Shown piece by piece: positions 18,367 through 28,507 of a stretch of DNA of 64,000 nt. Location: IMG/VR virus record IMGVR_UViG_3300028558_000016, positions 62,001-126,000 of that record. One strand, given 5' to 3'. The notes below the pieces were generated by a model. It worked only from the letters and a program-made list of their open reading frames with translations, ran no database searches and was not told the origin of the DNA. A program made the position numbers and the translations under genes. Each line of letters begins with the position of its first letter. The stretch's first letter is position 1.

Positions 18367-18743
18367 TATTTTTTAATTTTTCCCTCTTCTTTCCATTTCT
18401 TTCCGAGCTCAAGTCCCATATTAAATGCTTCTGAGGAAGTAGGAGTTGAATTTCCAAACACTGGATGGAAACTTCCAAACACTGCATGTACTTTTTCTAT
18501 AGTTCCTTTTTCGCTGTAACCCGCCCAATATCCAAGGTTTGAGTGGACTATTCTTTCTGCCTCTTCTCTATCAACATTATCCTCAGGTCTTTCTATCTTT
18601 GACAGCTTTACGCAATGTTCAACCAAAGCGTCAAAGTATTTTTTTGCTTCTTCAGTGTCTCCACTTTTTGCTATGTCAATTGCTGGATTGTATAGATCCC
18701 CAATTGTAGCATCATCTTTTATGTTTGCAAATTTAGTTTTCAT
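18366..18743 (-). CDS. hypothetical protein
   Basis: Coupled ORF. Confidence 0.6.
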   Translation of the reverse strand: MKTKFANIKDDATIGDLYNPAIDIAKSGDTEEAKKYFDALVEHCVKLSKIERPEDNVDREEAERIVHSNLGYWAGYSEKGTIEKVHAVFGSFHPVFGNSTPTSSEAFNMGLELGKKWKEEGKIKK

Positions 18744-18943
18744 GATTTCTTTTTTGAGTTCCGTAAGTTTTTAAATGCTAAATAAACAAATACTATAATT
18801 ATCGATATTGGCCAAATCAAATAAGCAAGCAAACTAAACAATGGATATTTGTATTCATATTTGGTTGCATTGACTAAATATAAAATACCTCCAAGAGTTA
18901 TTATCATAGTGAATAACGTCGCTATGACTATCGTCACTATCAT
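18740..18943 (-). CDS. small two-TM membrane protein
   Basis: Two hydrophobic segments and a basic tail. Confidence 0.6.
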   Translation of the reverse strand: MIVTIVIATLFTMIITLGGILYLVNATKYEYKYPLFSLLAYLIWPISIIIVFVYLAFKNLRNSKKKS

Positions 18944-19185
18944 TCACCCAAAATTGGTTTGACCGCTTTTAACTCATCTGGAAGTCCTGGAACTTCCTTG
19001 TGAATAAAGCTTGGAACTTTTCCACACTTCTCACATAAATGCAATTCTATTGGAATCATGTGTTCAATTCCATCAGGACTCATCAACGGTGATAGTCTTT
19101 TAACAGCTGTTGCTGATCTGAATAGAATTCCACCACATTCACACGGCTGCCAAGGAGCTTGTGATATATTTACTTTTGTGTCCAT
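18940..19185 (-). CDS. zinc-ribbon protein
   Basis: CECG ... CEKCG. Confidence 0.65.
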   Translation of the reverse strand: MDTKVNISQAPWQPCECGGILFRSATAVKRLSPLMSPDGIEHMIPIELHLCEKCGKVPSFIHKEVPGLPDELKAVKPILGE

Positions 19186-19186
19186 A

Positions 19187-19717
19187 TTATTTCTTTTTAT
19201 TTTTTTTCTTCAATTCTTTTATTGCATTAACATCTCCATCAACTACTTCTGCTTCTTCCTCCACAACCATTATTTCTCCTTTACCATCGCTTTCAAGAGT
19301 TAATCCTGGATTTCCTTTTCCGTCATCGATCAAATAAAACACGCACAGATAATCTCCAGCTATTATTTCACGGTCGCCTAATCCGTGCTCTATGAACCTG
19401 ACATTTATTCTGTCAGTCATCTTTCTTTTCAAGATTCCATAATACGGCTTGAATTTTTCCATTATCTCCTCACTTGCCATCGTTGTATCAAGCACGCAAG
19501 TCATCTCTTCGAGAGGTCTGAAATTATCCTCAACGAATTCATCGTCATAATCTTCACTTCTGAATTCATCATCTGGATCAAATGCCAAATGAAAAATCAT
19601 TCTGCCAACATACGACGGAGAAATTCCTTTTCTCTTCATTATGACTTCAACCTCTTTTCCATGATGGCTGTGCCATTGTGCATTTAGGATGTATCTTCCT
19701 TTTTTTACTATCTTCAT
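19187..19717 (-). CDS. hypothetical protein
   Basis: Coupled ORF. Confidence 0.6.
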   Translation of the reverse strand: MKIVKKGRYILNAQWHSHHGKEVEVIMKRKGISPSYVGRMIFHLAFDPDDEFRSEDYDDEFVEDNFRPLEEMTCVLDTTMASEEIMEKFKPYYGILKRKMTDRINVRFIEHGLGDREIIAGDYLCVFYLIDDGKGNPGLTLESDGKGEIMVVEEEAEVVDGDVNAIKELKKKNKKK

Positions 19718-20562
19718 AATATTGTAACTATTTCAACGTAATCTTTTATTCCGTTCATTTCTTTTGAGTCCTCACAAATAATCACAGGATGCAATTGACC
19801 CAATGTTCCACATCCACATCCGCAATCTGCCATTATGACAGTCTTTGATTTTCCACCATGTACATAATGCTCAATTCTCGGAAAATTAATTCCTTCACTT
19901 AACCTGTGGAAATGTCCATGCACTGACATCGCTTTATTACCTGGAACTTTAAATGCAGAATCCAACTTATCATAATCACGGCTTCTTCCCCATAACAAAG
20001 TATCATCAGTAACATTCTTTGGATCAGACTGCTGTGCATGACAGAAGAAAATCAAATCAGTCTCATGTTTTCTTTTTCCATGCATTTTTAAGAATTTATA
20101 TTCCTCACTTTCTTTTATGATAGGAATATAATCGTATAAATCCAATTTGTATTGTATCTCAAGCGAGTTTAATCCAGTTGTATCAAATGGAATTCCAAAC
20201 ATCTGAACACATGTTTTCATTCCTCCGTTATTCAACCACATCACATGATTTGAGCCGTATGCCTTTTGATCCTCGAAATAAATCTTACTGTCTTCAACGG
20301 TTCCTATCAAGAATTGATCATGATTTCCTATTAAACAAATGGCACCTCTCTCTTGAACGTATTCTTTTACTTTTGCCAATACGTATTTTGAATCAGGACC
20401 TCTGTCGATATAATCTCCAAGGAAAATGAATTGAATTGTAGCATCAATTTTGATGGTTCCATTCTTCTGTTGAATTTCAATCCACGCATCGACATCGGCC
20501 AAAGCCTTATCGAGCTTGTCTCTCGTTCCATGTATATCTGCTATGACAACGTAATATTTCAT
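19714..20562 (-). CDS. metallophosphoesterase (PPP-like Ser/Thr phosphatase)
   Basis: DIHG, GDYIDRG, GNHD, HGH. Confidence 0.9.
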   Translation of the reverse strand: MKYYVVIADIHGTRDKLDKALADVDAWIEIQQKNGTIKIDATIQFIFLGDYIDRGPDSKYVLAKVKEYVQERGAICLIGNHDQFLIGTVEDSKIYFEDQKAYGSNHVMWLNNGGMKTCVQMFGIPFDTTGLNSLEIQYKLDLYDYIPIIKESEEYKFLKMHGKRKHETDLIFFCHAQQSDPKNVTDDTLLWGRSRDYDKLDSAFKVPGNKAMSVHGHFHRLSEGINFPRIEHYVHGGKSKTVIMADCGCGCGTLGQLHPVIICEDSKEMNGIKDYVEIVTIL

Positions 20563-20948
20563 ACTACTATTTGTGGATATTTGTTTTTAATCTCTTCGCA
20601 TAATTCCCATTCATCATTCGCAAAAGCATCTTCAAAAATAATCTTTATCGCATTTATGTGTCCTTGCTCTGCCTCTTCCCATGTGCAATATCTTTCTTGA
20701 TATTCATCATAATGAACTCCCATTCTTCCACCAAATATCATCGTCTCAAATAATACCGGAGGTCCATCATCTCCCCAATTATGATCTATCCCAAGAAAAA
20801 CAGTTGACACCGTGATGGAATCATTATTCAATCTATCAAACGCAACTCGCCTTACATCTTTTTGTTCAAACCACTTAGCCCATTCCAACAACTCAGCTTC
20901 AACCGGTTTTTTATCGACCAATATGTAGTTTCCCATTTTCATGTTCAT
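20559..20948 (-). CDS. conserved phage hypothetical protein
   Basis: VSTVFLGIDH...PVLFETMIF...RYCTWEEAEQGH; ATG start preferred over GTG at 20966. Confidence 0.6.
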   Translation of the reverse strand: MNMKMGNYILVDKKPVEAELLEWAKWFEQKDVRRVAFDRLNNDSITVSTVFLGIDHNWGDDGPPVLFETMIFGGRMGVHYDEYQERYCTWEEAEQGHINAIKIIFEDAFANDEWELCEEIKNKYPQIVV

Positions 20949-21065
20949 AATGTTTTTCGTGGACACCTAACAGCGAGCAGGATTCCTTCACGTAATCCCC
21001 TGTGTCTATGCGCGTGAAACGCTCAGGGTTCCTGGTTTGTGCCCGGTACTTCGACCCCTTTTTCC

Positions 21066-21254
21066 CTATATCGTCTTCTTTTTTGCTTTGACCAGTTTGT
21101 CATCAAGCTTATGGAGCTTCTTGTACATCTCAGTCCTCGACTTTTCCAAGAAGCGAATGGTAGCACTTATTTGCATAAGTGCACCAAACGTTTCTGTACG
21201 CTCTTTTTTAATTTCAGAAAACTTCTGAAGAGATTTTAATTTCTTTGTTTCCAT
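21066..21254 (-). CDS. small basic coiled-coil protein
   Basis: METKKLKSLQKF...; ATG directly after the upstream stop. Confidence 0.5.
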   Translation of the reverse strand: METKKLKSLQKFSEIKKERTETFGALMQISATIRFLEKSRTEMYKKLHKLDDKLVKAKKKTI

Positions 21255-21255
21255 T

Positions 21256-22020
21256 TTATTTGTATTCTGAATTCCAAACTTCTTTAGAAACATTTCTTTC
21301 CAAGAATGAGGTCGATAATCTTCTTGGTTCAAAGAACCTTGAAAATAAGAAATGCACAATGGAAGCCGCAGCAAACACAAATGATAAAGCCCAATGCCAA
21401 TTTAAAAACTTTACAGCAATGAAAGCAAGAGGAACATAAATCTGAAGCGTGTTCACAATATACCATGACCAAAAGCTTCTGAACTTAATTCCTTTGAACC
21501 ATCTTGCAATGGAAATATCATTTCCCCATTTATGAACGAGATAATAAAATCCATCGCCTATTGGATAAAACAACAAAGGATCAACTGGATGCTCCTTCAA
21601 TTCAAAACTTTCCTTTGGAGCAACTATTTTAAAATCACAATGATCCATTTTACGGTTTCCAGTCGATTCATACATTTTTTGAAACTCATTGATCTTGTTT
21701 GGTAACATTGGATCAACGTGTCCTTTGTAGTGACGGATATTTAAACATCTCAACTTGTATGCGAAGCAAAGGTTTTTTATCTCATTGCTGGAAAATACTC
21801 TCGAAAGGTCAAGACCCTTCATGTAATTTTTTCTTCCTTCAATAACATCTTTCTTTTTAACTGCATAATCAAGTCCCATCTTCTTTAGAACTTCGATGTC
21901 CTCATCTAAATTCTTTTCCAAGATATTGTTAGCTTCATCAATGATGAGCTGTTCTTCTTTTGTGAAGATGCTGTTGCTCTTCCGTGCAATCAGCCTTTTT
22001 TCGAGATTAAGTTTAAACAT
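21256..22020 (-). CDS. membrane protein, paralog of 25572-26360
   Basis: DPLLFYPI..YYLVHKWG.DIS plus two C-terminal TM helices. Confidence 0.7.
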   Translation of the reverse strand: MFKLNLEKRLIARKSNSIFTKEEQLIIDEANNILEKNLDEDIEVLKKMGLDYAVKKKDVIEGRKNYMKGLDLSRVFSSNEIKNLCFAYKLRCLNIRHYKGHVDPMLPNKINEFQKMYESTGNRKMDHCDFKIVAPKESFELKEHPVDPLLFYPIGDGFYYLVHKWGNDISIARWFKGIKFRSFWSWYIVNTLQIYVPLAFIAVKFLNWHWALSFVFAAASIVHFLFSRFFEPRRLSTSFLERNVSKEVWNSEYK

Positions 22021-22038
22021 GTTTTTATTTTTTAGTTA

Positions 22039-23049
22039 TTATTTCTTTCCACCAAAACCAAGTCCGCCGCTGCCGGCTGATTGTCTTGATGATTTTGGTT
22101 TTTTCATTTCACCGAAGTGCTTCATTACATCATCGAAATCTTTTCCAAGAATCATCGTTGATACGACAAGTTCTTTGATGTGCGACAACGAAAGTCCTTC
22201 TGTGTCATTCACCCATTTCTTCATATCAATCTTCTTAAGATCTGATTCATGGAGTTTGTGTCTGATGAAGTATTCTCTAACTTCCGCATTTGGATGTGGA
22301 ATTTCGTAAACTCTATCAAACCTTGAAGGTCTGTTGGAAATCCTATCCTGTAATCTCTCTGGATAGTTTGTGGTCGCAAGATACACAACGTTCTCAATTT
22401 GATTCACTCCATCCAACACATTCAACAATGCAGACAATAATCCTTGACCAGCTGTAACGATGTTATCGATGTCCTCAATAATAACTACCAATGGACGCTT
22501 AGGTTCGATCTGTCTGAATATCTGCGTGAAATCAGTAAACAATGAAACCGCTCTTTCTCCGTTTAAAGAGAATACTATTCCATCTTTCTTTATTATTTTG
22601 TTGATCAAGTTCTGCATCAAATAACTCTTTCCACAACCCGGAGGCCCATGTAAAAGAATTCCACGTTTGTGAACCATCTTGTATTTCTTGAAACGACTTT
22701 CCATTTCCCAGAAACTATCGATGTCCAAAAGAATCTCCTTCATCTCATCGATAGGAAGCTCCATGATGCTATCACTCAATACAACTTTTTGTCGTTGCAA
22801 GTAATATCCTTTATTTGGATCGCTTAATATCTCGTAAACACCCGGAGGAGTTTTACCAGTGGTAGTGAATGTCGGAAAATAACATCCATCCTGACCAACA
22901 GCCCATTGACAGTAACCTGCCATTCTTTCTGCTGCGTCCTCAATGGAAATTTCCTTCTTTTCTTTGACAGTTTCAGTTTCAACTGCTTCTTCCGTCACAG
23001 CAGTTTCTGCTACCGCCAATTCTTCTGTTTTTTTAGATCCTTTTGCCAT
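22039..23049 (-). CDS. AAA+ ATPase
   Basis: GPPGCGKS, IIEDID, TTNYPE, RPSRFD. Confidence 0.9.
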   Translation of the reverse strand: MAKGSKKTEELAVAETAVTEEAVETETVKEKKEISIEDAAERMAGYCQWAVGQDGCYFPTFTTTGKTPPGVYEILSDPNKGYYLQRQKVVLSDSIMELPIDEMKEILLDIDSFWEMESRFKKYKMVHKRGILLHGPPGCGKSYLMQNLINKIIKKDGIVFSLNGERAVSLFTDFTQIFRQIEPKRPLVVIIEDIDNIVTAGQGLLSALLNVLDGVNQIENVVYLATTNYPERLQDRISNRPSRFDRVYEIPHPNAEVREYFIRHKLHESDLKKIDMKKWVNDTEGLSLSHIKELVVSTMILGKDFDDVMKHFGEMKKPKSSRQSAGSGGLGFGGKK

Positions 23050-23070
23050 AGTGTTTATTTAATTAATTGT

Positions 23071-23379
23071 TTATTTTCCTAATGCTCCATTAACTTCATC
23101 CATCAATTTATTCTCCATCAAATACCTCTTAAGCATAAGAAGTTTTCCTTGTAGAATCTTGGCATCCTCTGTAAGCATTTCTTTTTCATGCTCAGATTTT
23201 TTTCTCTGTTGATCCATCTTTCTTTGAGCCTCTTCTGGTATATGTCCCTTTAGAACAGTTCCAGCCATGATGTCAAATAAAACTTCACTCGTCTTTCCAG
23301 CATTAGGCAATGCATCAAGACCATCAACCAACATTTTAAAATCCTTTTCAGTAAGGTTTAAGTTTTTAATATTTTCCAT
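23071..23379 (-). CDS. hypothetical protein
   Basis: ORF in operon. Confidence 0.6.
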   Translation of the reverse strand: MENIKNLNLTEKDFKMLVDGLDALPNAGKTSEVLFDIMAGTVLKGHIPEEAQRKMDQQRKKSEHEKEMLTEDAKILQGKLLMLKRYLMENKLMDEVNGALGK

Positions 23380-23380
23380 G

Positions 23381-25252
23381 TTATTTTTTCTTTTCGTTCT
23401 TATCTTCCTTCTTTTCAGATTCAGTACCGATTTTATTTCCCATGCTCTCCAACAACTTCAATCCAAGCAATCCATCCATCGCGCCATTGTTGTTTTGTCC
23501 CATGATTAATATCTCCGGCATAACTTTAATTTTATCCTTGCCAATAGACTCAGTCACCTTTAATTGGGTGAAGTTGTCTTTGCCCATTGCATCAACGGAT
23601 AATTTATAAGCTTCTGCTGTTGATTTTCCAATTGCTAATATCTTAGCAGCCTCAGCAGTACCAGTCACAGTAATCTTTTCAGCCTCAGCATTCGCTTTCA
23701 ACTTAACTGCTTTCGCTTCAGCATCCGCAGAAAGTTCCACCGATTTAGCTTCACCAGTTGCTTTCTTAACTGCGGCATCCGCAATCTTCTCAGCAATTTC
23801 CACACCCTGATTAGCTTCAACTATTTTAGATTGCATGTCTGCAATTGCTCTCGCCTTCTCAAATTCTTGGCGAGTCTCTTCTGATTTCTTCTGAGCACCA
23901 AAAGTTATTTGTTGTTCATCAGCAAGTTTTCTATCGCTCAATGTCTTCATGATTGAAGCTGGTGGAACTATATCTCCAATCAATGTGTCAACACCTTCAA
24001 CATTATATTGGTGCAACACTTTGTCGATATGCTCTTTCGCTTCTTTCTGTCTTTCTGACCTCTTCTCTAAGAATGCAAGTACATCCGAGCTCTGTGCAGA
24101 ATTTCTGAAGTAGTTTCCAATTGTAGGTTCCAATACCTGTGACACGAGGTTATTCATGTTTCCAAATCTTGCAATAACCTTAGGAGCTTCTGTCATTGGA
24201 ATGTGTATGATCTGAGACACATCCAAATTAAATTGGAAACCGTCTTTAGAACGAACAGTGATTGTGGATAAATGCTTGTCTAAGTTGTGAGACTCATTAC
24301 GTGCATCTGCCCAATTTAAAACCAAGTTAGTAGTTGGAACAGTTTCAACCTTCATCGTGTATCTGTTTATCGGATACTTACCTGGTCCGAATGTTTCCAC
24401 CCAAACACCTTTTTGCCCTTTGGCAACTAAATTTCCATGCTTGAATGCATCACCTGTTACGTCTTTACCTTCTTCACCAATGAATGAGATAACAACACCA
24501 ACGTGACCAATTGGAATTTCAGTCATCTGAGTTTCCTCAATAACAACTGCCCATGGGTTTATATTATATGAACCAGCAAGAATAACTTGTGGCTGCAATC
24601 CTTTGTTTCCACCTGATTTTAAAAACTCATCAAACTTTTGAAAGTTATTATGTCCCTCAATAGTTCTACCAGCGATTTGTCCTTCTTCCAATGGAAGACC
24701 ATCCAATGTCGTTACAATACCAACTTTATTCTCAGCGATGTTTGTTATGTTAACAAGCGTTACTGTAAACAAATGGCTGTTGATACGATAAGAACCTGCT
24801 GTTATGTAAGATGTTTGTCTTCCTTTGTGTCCACCATTCTTTAAGAATTGATCTGCGTTTTGAAATGAATCACAATCAACGTGGCGTCCGAGAATTGAAC
24901 CAACTGGAATTGAAGCTCCGTCCTTCGCAAGAACCAATCCTATTTTTCCTTCCGGAATGATAAGGAAATTCTCTTGAACTATCTCATATTGCCAAGGCCA
25001 AATCCAGAAGTAAAGTCCTGGAGCAAGAGTTGTCGCTTGAAATCCGGATTCACCTTTCGTTGCTATGATCTTTCCATCAGGCAAGTTTCTATTTGAACCG
25101 AATAACACGAATTTTTTTGTCACTAATCCTATTTTATCTTCGGGAATTATTACCACGCCGAATAGTCTCAACACTAATTTGTAAAAAATTATTGCGAGTA
25201 TTGGAAAAATAAGCCACCAATAGTGTGCTGCATTATGCAAGAAGTCTTTCAT
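23381..25252 (-). CDS. SPFH/band-7 (flotillin-like) membrane protein
   Basis: N-terminal TM, repeated IP...IGLV/G.Y.IN modules, ITVRSKDGF.F.LDV, Ala/Glu-rich coiled coil. Confidence 0.9.
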   Translation of the reverse strand: MKDFLHNAAHYWWLIFPILAIIFYKLVLRLFGVVIIPEDKIGLVTKKFVLFGSNRNLPDGKIIATKGESGFQATTLAPGLYFWIWPWQYEIVQENFLIIPEGKIGLVLAKDGASIPVGSILGRHVDCDSFQNADQFLKNGGHKGRQTSYITAGSYRINSHLFTVTLVNITNIAENKVGIVTTLDGLPLEEGQIAGRTIEGHNNFQKFDEFLKSGGNKGLQPQVILAGSYNINPWAVVIEETQMTEIPIGHVGVVISFIGEEGKDVTGDAFKHGNLVAKGQKGVWVETFGPGKYPINRYTMKVETVPTTNLVLNWADARNESHNLDKHLSTITVRSKDGFQFNLDVSQIIHIPMTEAPKVIARFGNMNNLVSQVLEPTIGNYFRNSAQSSDVLAFLEKRSERQKEAKEHIDKVLHQYNVEGVDTLIGDIVPPASIMKTLSDRKLADEQQITFGAQKKSEETRQEFEKARAIADMQSKIVEANQGVEIAEKIADAAVKKATGEAKSVELSADAEAKAVKLKANAEAEKITVTGTAEAAKILAIGKSTAEAYKLSVDAMGKDNFTQLKVTESIGKDKIKVMPEILIMGQNNNGAMDGLLGLKLLESMGNKIGTESEKKEDKNEKKK

Positions 25253-25275
25253 TTGTTTAGTTTAGTTAAAGTCGT

Positions 25276-25572
25276 TTAGTCTCCAGAACAATTATGCAAA
25301 AGAAGAATGGTATCACTCTTCATAACTTGCATGTCAACCTTCGGCCATGATGCCTGTGAATATTTCACCTCGGCTCTAATTTGATAGTAGTGGGCTAATT
25401 TACCATCTATTGCGTAATCCTCAGCAAAGTAAGTTCCAAGGATAACATTCTTTTCTGTGATCGGTCTGGAATACTTATTCCATTCAATCGTTGTATTAAA
25501 AGCATAAATGATCGCTGCAACACATAGCATTGCAGCGACTATTATGAAATTTATTTTGTGTTTCGCTTTCAT
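25276..25572 (-). CDS. hypothetical membrane/secreted protein
   Basis: N-terminal hydrophobic segment. Confidence 0.55.
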   Translation of the reverse strand: MKAKHKINFIIVAAMLCVAAIIYAFNTTIEWNKYSRPITEKNVILGTYFAEDYAIDGKLAHYYQIRAEVKYSQASWPKVDMQVMKSDTILLLHNCSGD

Positions 25573-26360
25573 TAATCCTTAAACTCGCTGTTCCAGTTAT
25601 CCTCAGTCCATCTTCCACTGAAGTAATCACCCTCAGTCACAATGTGCAGTATCAAACTCAGTGCTAACGATGCAGTCACTCCAATTCCTAAAAATGAAGC
25701 AAGCTTGAAGTTGATGTTGAACAACCAACCGGCAATCATTAATAATGGAGCAACATATAACGTGAATAAACCAGTCACCCACGTAAAGAAGTTTCTGTTT
25801 CTCCAACTCTTAACTGCGTTGAATGCAGAAATGTCGCTTCCCCATTTGTGAACGAGGAAATAATCCAATGTATCACCATTAGAGTTTTTGATAGGATAAA
25901 ACAATAAAGGATCCTTAGGTCTTTCAGAAAGCTGAAAGCTATCCTTTGGCGCGCAGATCATGAAGTGATCGTATCTGAATTCGTTTCTCCAAGATTTTTC
26001 CATTACCTGGTTGTAAACTGCTTCAAACTCTTTCACTTTGCTTGGGACAAGCGGATCAATCTCTCCTTTGAATTTATCAATAGGAAGAAATCTCAATCCA
26101 TAAGTAATGCAAAGATCTTTGATCTCATCTTTAGAAAAGACTCTCGTCTTGTCAAACGCCTTGATGAACTTAATCTTGTTCTCAAGGGTTTTGCTTTTCT
26201 CAACTGAGTAGTTGAGTCCCATCTGTTTCAGGATGGCGATGTCCTCTTCGGTGGAGTTAGATAAGATCTTCTCGGCTTCAGCGAGAACAACTTGTTCCTC
26301 CTTTGTAAGAGAAGCTCTCTTGGAGTTTACTAACTCCTTCTCAAGATTCACTTTAAACAT
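25572..26360 (-). CDS. membrane protein, paralog of 21256-22020
   Basis: MFKVNLEK start aligns with the paralog's MFKLNLEK; shared DPLLFYPI and LVHKWG. Confidence 0.7.
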   Translation of the reverse strand: MFKVNLEKELVNSKRASLTKEEQVVLAEAEKILSNSTEEDIAILKQMGLNYSVEKSKTLENKIKFIKAFDKTRVFSKDEIKDLCITYGLRFLPIDKFKGEIDPLVPSKVKEFEAVYNQVMEKSWRNEFRYDHFMICAPKDSFQLSERPKDPLLFYPIKNSNGDTLDYFLVHKWGSDISAFNAVKSWRNRNFFTWVTGLFTLYVAPLLMIAGWLFNINFKLASFLGIGVTASLALSLILHIVTEGDYFSGRWTEDNWNSEFKD

Positions 26361-26706
26361 GTTTGGTTTGTTTTGATGGTTAAACAATTTAGTACACGAT
26401 CGGCGGGGAAGGTTGTTGGGATTCGTGTTATCTTTGGTCCGCTTACTCGCTAATATAAGAAACTTCGGCGTAAAGTCTTATAAAACTTCTAAAATTTTCT
26501 TGAAATGTTTAACCGCTGTTAAAGAATGAAACTTTCTATTAGAAAGACTTTACTGGTGGGATATTGATTAATAGTTTTATGCCCCTCTCTTATCCTTTGT
26601 TTCAGTTGTTCAAAAATATTTTTCAGATGACTAAACAGAGCACATAATACGTGTAATTAGAAACTTATCATTGTAGAAAATGTAAAACTATGTAAATACA
26701 TTTTCC

Positions 26707-28506
26707 ATGATTAAATACAGCATCATTATTCCCCACTGGCATAACTGGGAAGAACTGCTCAAGCCTTGTTTAGAATCTATTTTGATGAACACTTCTACAG
26801 CAAGACTTGCTGAGACTGAAATAATTATCGTATGTAACGGTGCAAGCGAAGCAGTGAACATCCACAATTTAGAGAATAAGAATTATTCTAATCCTCACGT
26901 AAGTTGGATGGATGGCATGAAGCTGAATATTAAAATAATAAAATATCCAGAAGCAATTGGATACACGCGTGCGACCAATGCTGGAATCAAAGAAGCAATA
27001 GGTGAATTCATAATATTGATGAACGATGATTGTGTCATTCTTGATTATGCTCCTAAGGATGAATGGATGGACATACTCGAAAGACCATTCGTCGATCCAA
27101 CAGTTGGTGTGACTGGTGCAAAAAAGATTTTTAGCCAACAAGCAAAAGCAAGCTTTCTCGTATTCTTTCTTGTGATGATCAAGAGAAGCACTTTTGACAG
27201 GGTCGGTCTGCTCGATGAATCCTTTTCTCCAGGTGGTGGAGAAGACATCGACTTTTGTTTGAAGTTGAAGAAGCATGGACTCAGAGCGGCCAAAGCACCA
27301 AAAGACGATGAGAACTATGATTATGGAACCGAATATCCAATTTATCACGCAGGAGAAAAAAGCGTTCACGACGTGGAAGGATGGGAAGAAGGTTTTTGGA
27401 AGAGAATGTCTGTCATAGAACAAAGAGTAAATTCTTTCTATTACGAAACTCACGCCAATGTCACTGCTTACGTTTCAACTAAAGGAAGATACTTAACAAC
27501 TCTTCCAATGTGCTTGACTGCCATCGCAAATCAAACTCTTCCTCCAAAACACATAATCATATTTCAAGACGATCATCAATCTTTCAATATGCAAGAGTCA
27601 TCCGTGTACAAAAATATTTTATACGGATTATTTCCAAGCAAAGGAATAGAATGGGCAGTTGTTTTCGGAGAAGGAATAGGACAAGTTGCAAATCATCAAA
27701 AGGCTTTAGAGATTGCAAAGACCGAATGGTTATGGAGGGTCGATGACGATAACGTTCCTGAGCCTAATGTTCTTGAAGGGCTTTGTAAACACATTGACAG
27801 AAACGTTGGAGCAATTGCTTCTTCAGTTGTTGATCCATTGTACAAGCCAAGCAATTTATTCACATCGCCAAAAATTGAACACATCAACATATCTCCAAAC
27901 CTTCAATGGACGAAGACGAATATGGTGGTGTCAGCCGATCATTTATACAGCAGCTTCTTATTTAGAAAAGAAGCTGGAAAGCATGGATACAATAAACAGC
28001 TTTCTGTAGTTGGACACAGAGAAGAAACCTTGTTCACCTATGAGATGAAATTAAGCGGTTGGGATTTAATAATAGATGGAACACTCGTCACCTGGCATCT
28101 GAGAGAAGCTTCTGGAGGAATTAGAAGCTTTAATGATGGAAGTCTTTGGGATGATGACGAAAAAATATTCAATAAGAAGCTTGGTGAATGGGGAGTGAAA
28201 CTTGCTGGAATGGTTCCGATAAACATGGATAATGGATTGGGAGATCATTGGATGTTCAAACCTGCCATAGAAAAAATATTAAAGAAGAACGTGCACAGCA
28301 TGGTTTATGTCGCTGCATGTTACCCTGCGGTGTTTGAAGATCTTGTTTCCAAATATAACAATCTCCAGTTGATAAGCATTGCGGACGGAAATACCATGTT
28401 TGGAAAAGATAAAATGGATAGTCTAAATGTGTACAGATACTGCGACCAATTGAAATGGGACAAGCACGTATCAAAAGCATTTGAAATATTATATCAAACA
28501 AATTAA
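26707..28506 (+). CDS. multi-domain glycosyltransferase (two GT2/GT-A domains plus a GLGD-containing C-terminal region)
   Basis: YSIIIP, LMNDD, GGEDIDF; second domain RVDDD; GLGDH. Confidence 0.85.
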   Translation: MIKYSIIIPHWHNWEELLKPCLESILMNTSTARLAETEIIIVCNGASEAVNIHNLENKNYSNPHVSWMDGMKLNIKIIKYPEAIGYTRATNAGIKEAIGEFIILMNDDCVILDYAPKDEWMDILERPFVDPTVGVTGAKKIFSQQAKASFLVFFLVMIKRSTFDRVGLLDESFSPGGGEDIDFCLKLKKHGLRAAKAPKDDENYDYGTEYPIYHAGEKSVHDVEGWEEGFWKRMSVIEQRVNSFYYETHANVTAYVSTKGRYLTTLPMCLTAIANQTLPPKHIIIFQDDHQSFNMQESSVYKNILYGLFPSKGIEWAVVFGEGIGQVANHQKALEIAKTEWLWRVDDDNVPEPNVLEGLCKHIDRNVGAIASSVVDPLYKPSNLFTSPKIEHINISPNLQWTKTNMVVSADHLYSSFLFRKEAGKHGYNKQLSVVGHREETLFTYEMKLSGWDLIIDGTLVTWHLREASGGIRSFNDGSLWDDDEKIFNKKLGEWGVKLAGMVPINMDNGLGDHWMFKPAIEKILKKNVHSMVYVAACYPAVFEDLVSKYNNLQLISIADGNTMFGKDKMDSLNVYRYCDQLKWDKHVSKAFEILYQTN

Positions 28507-28507
28507 T

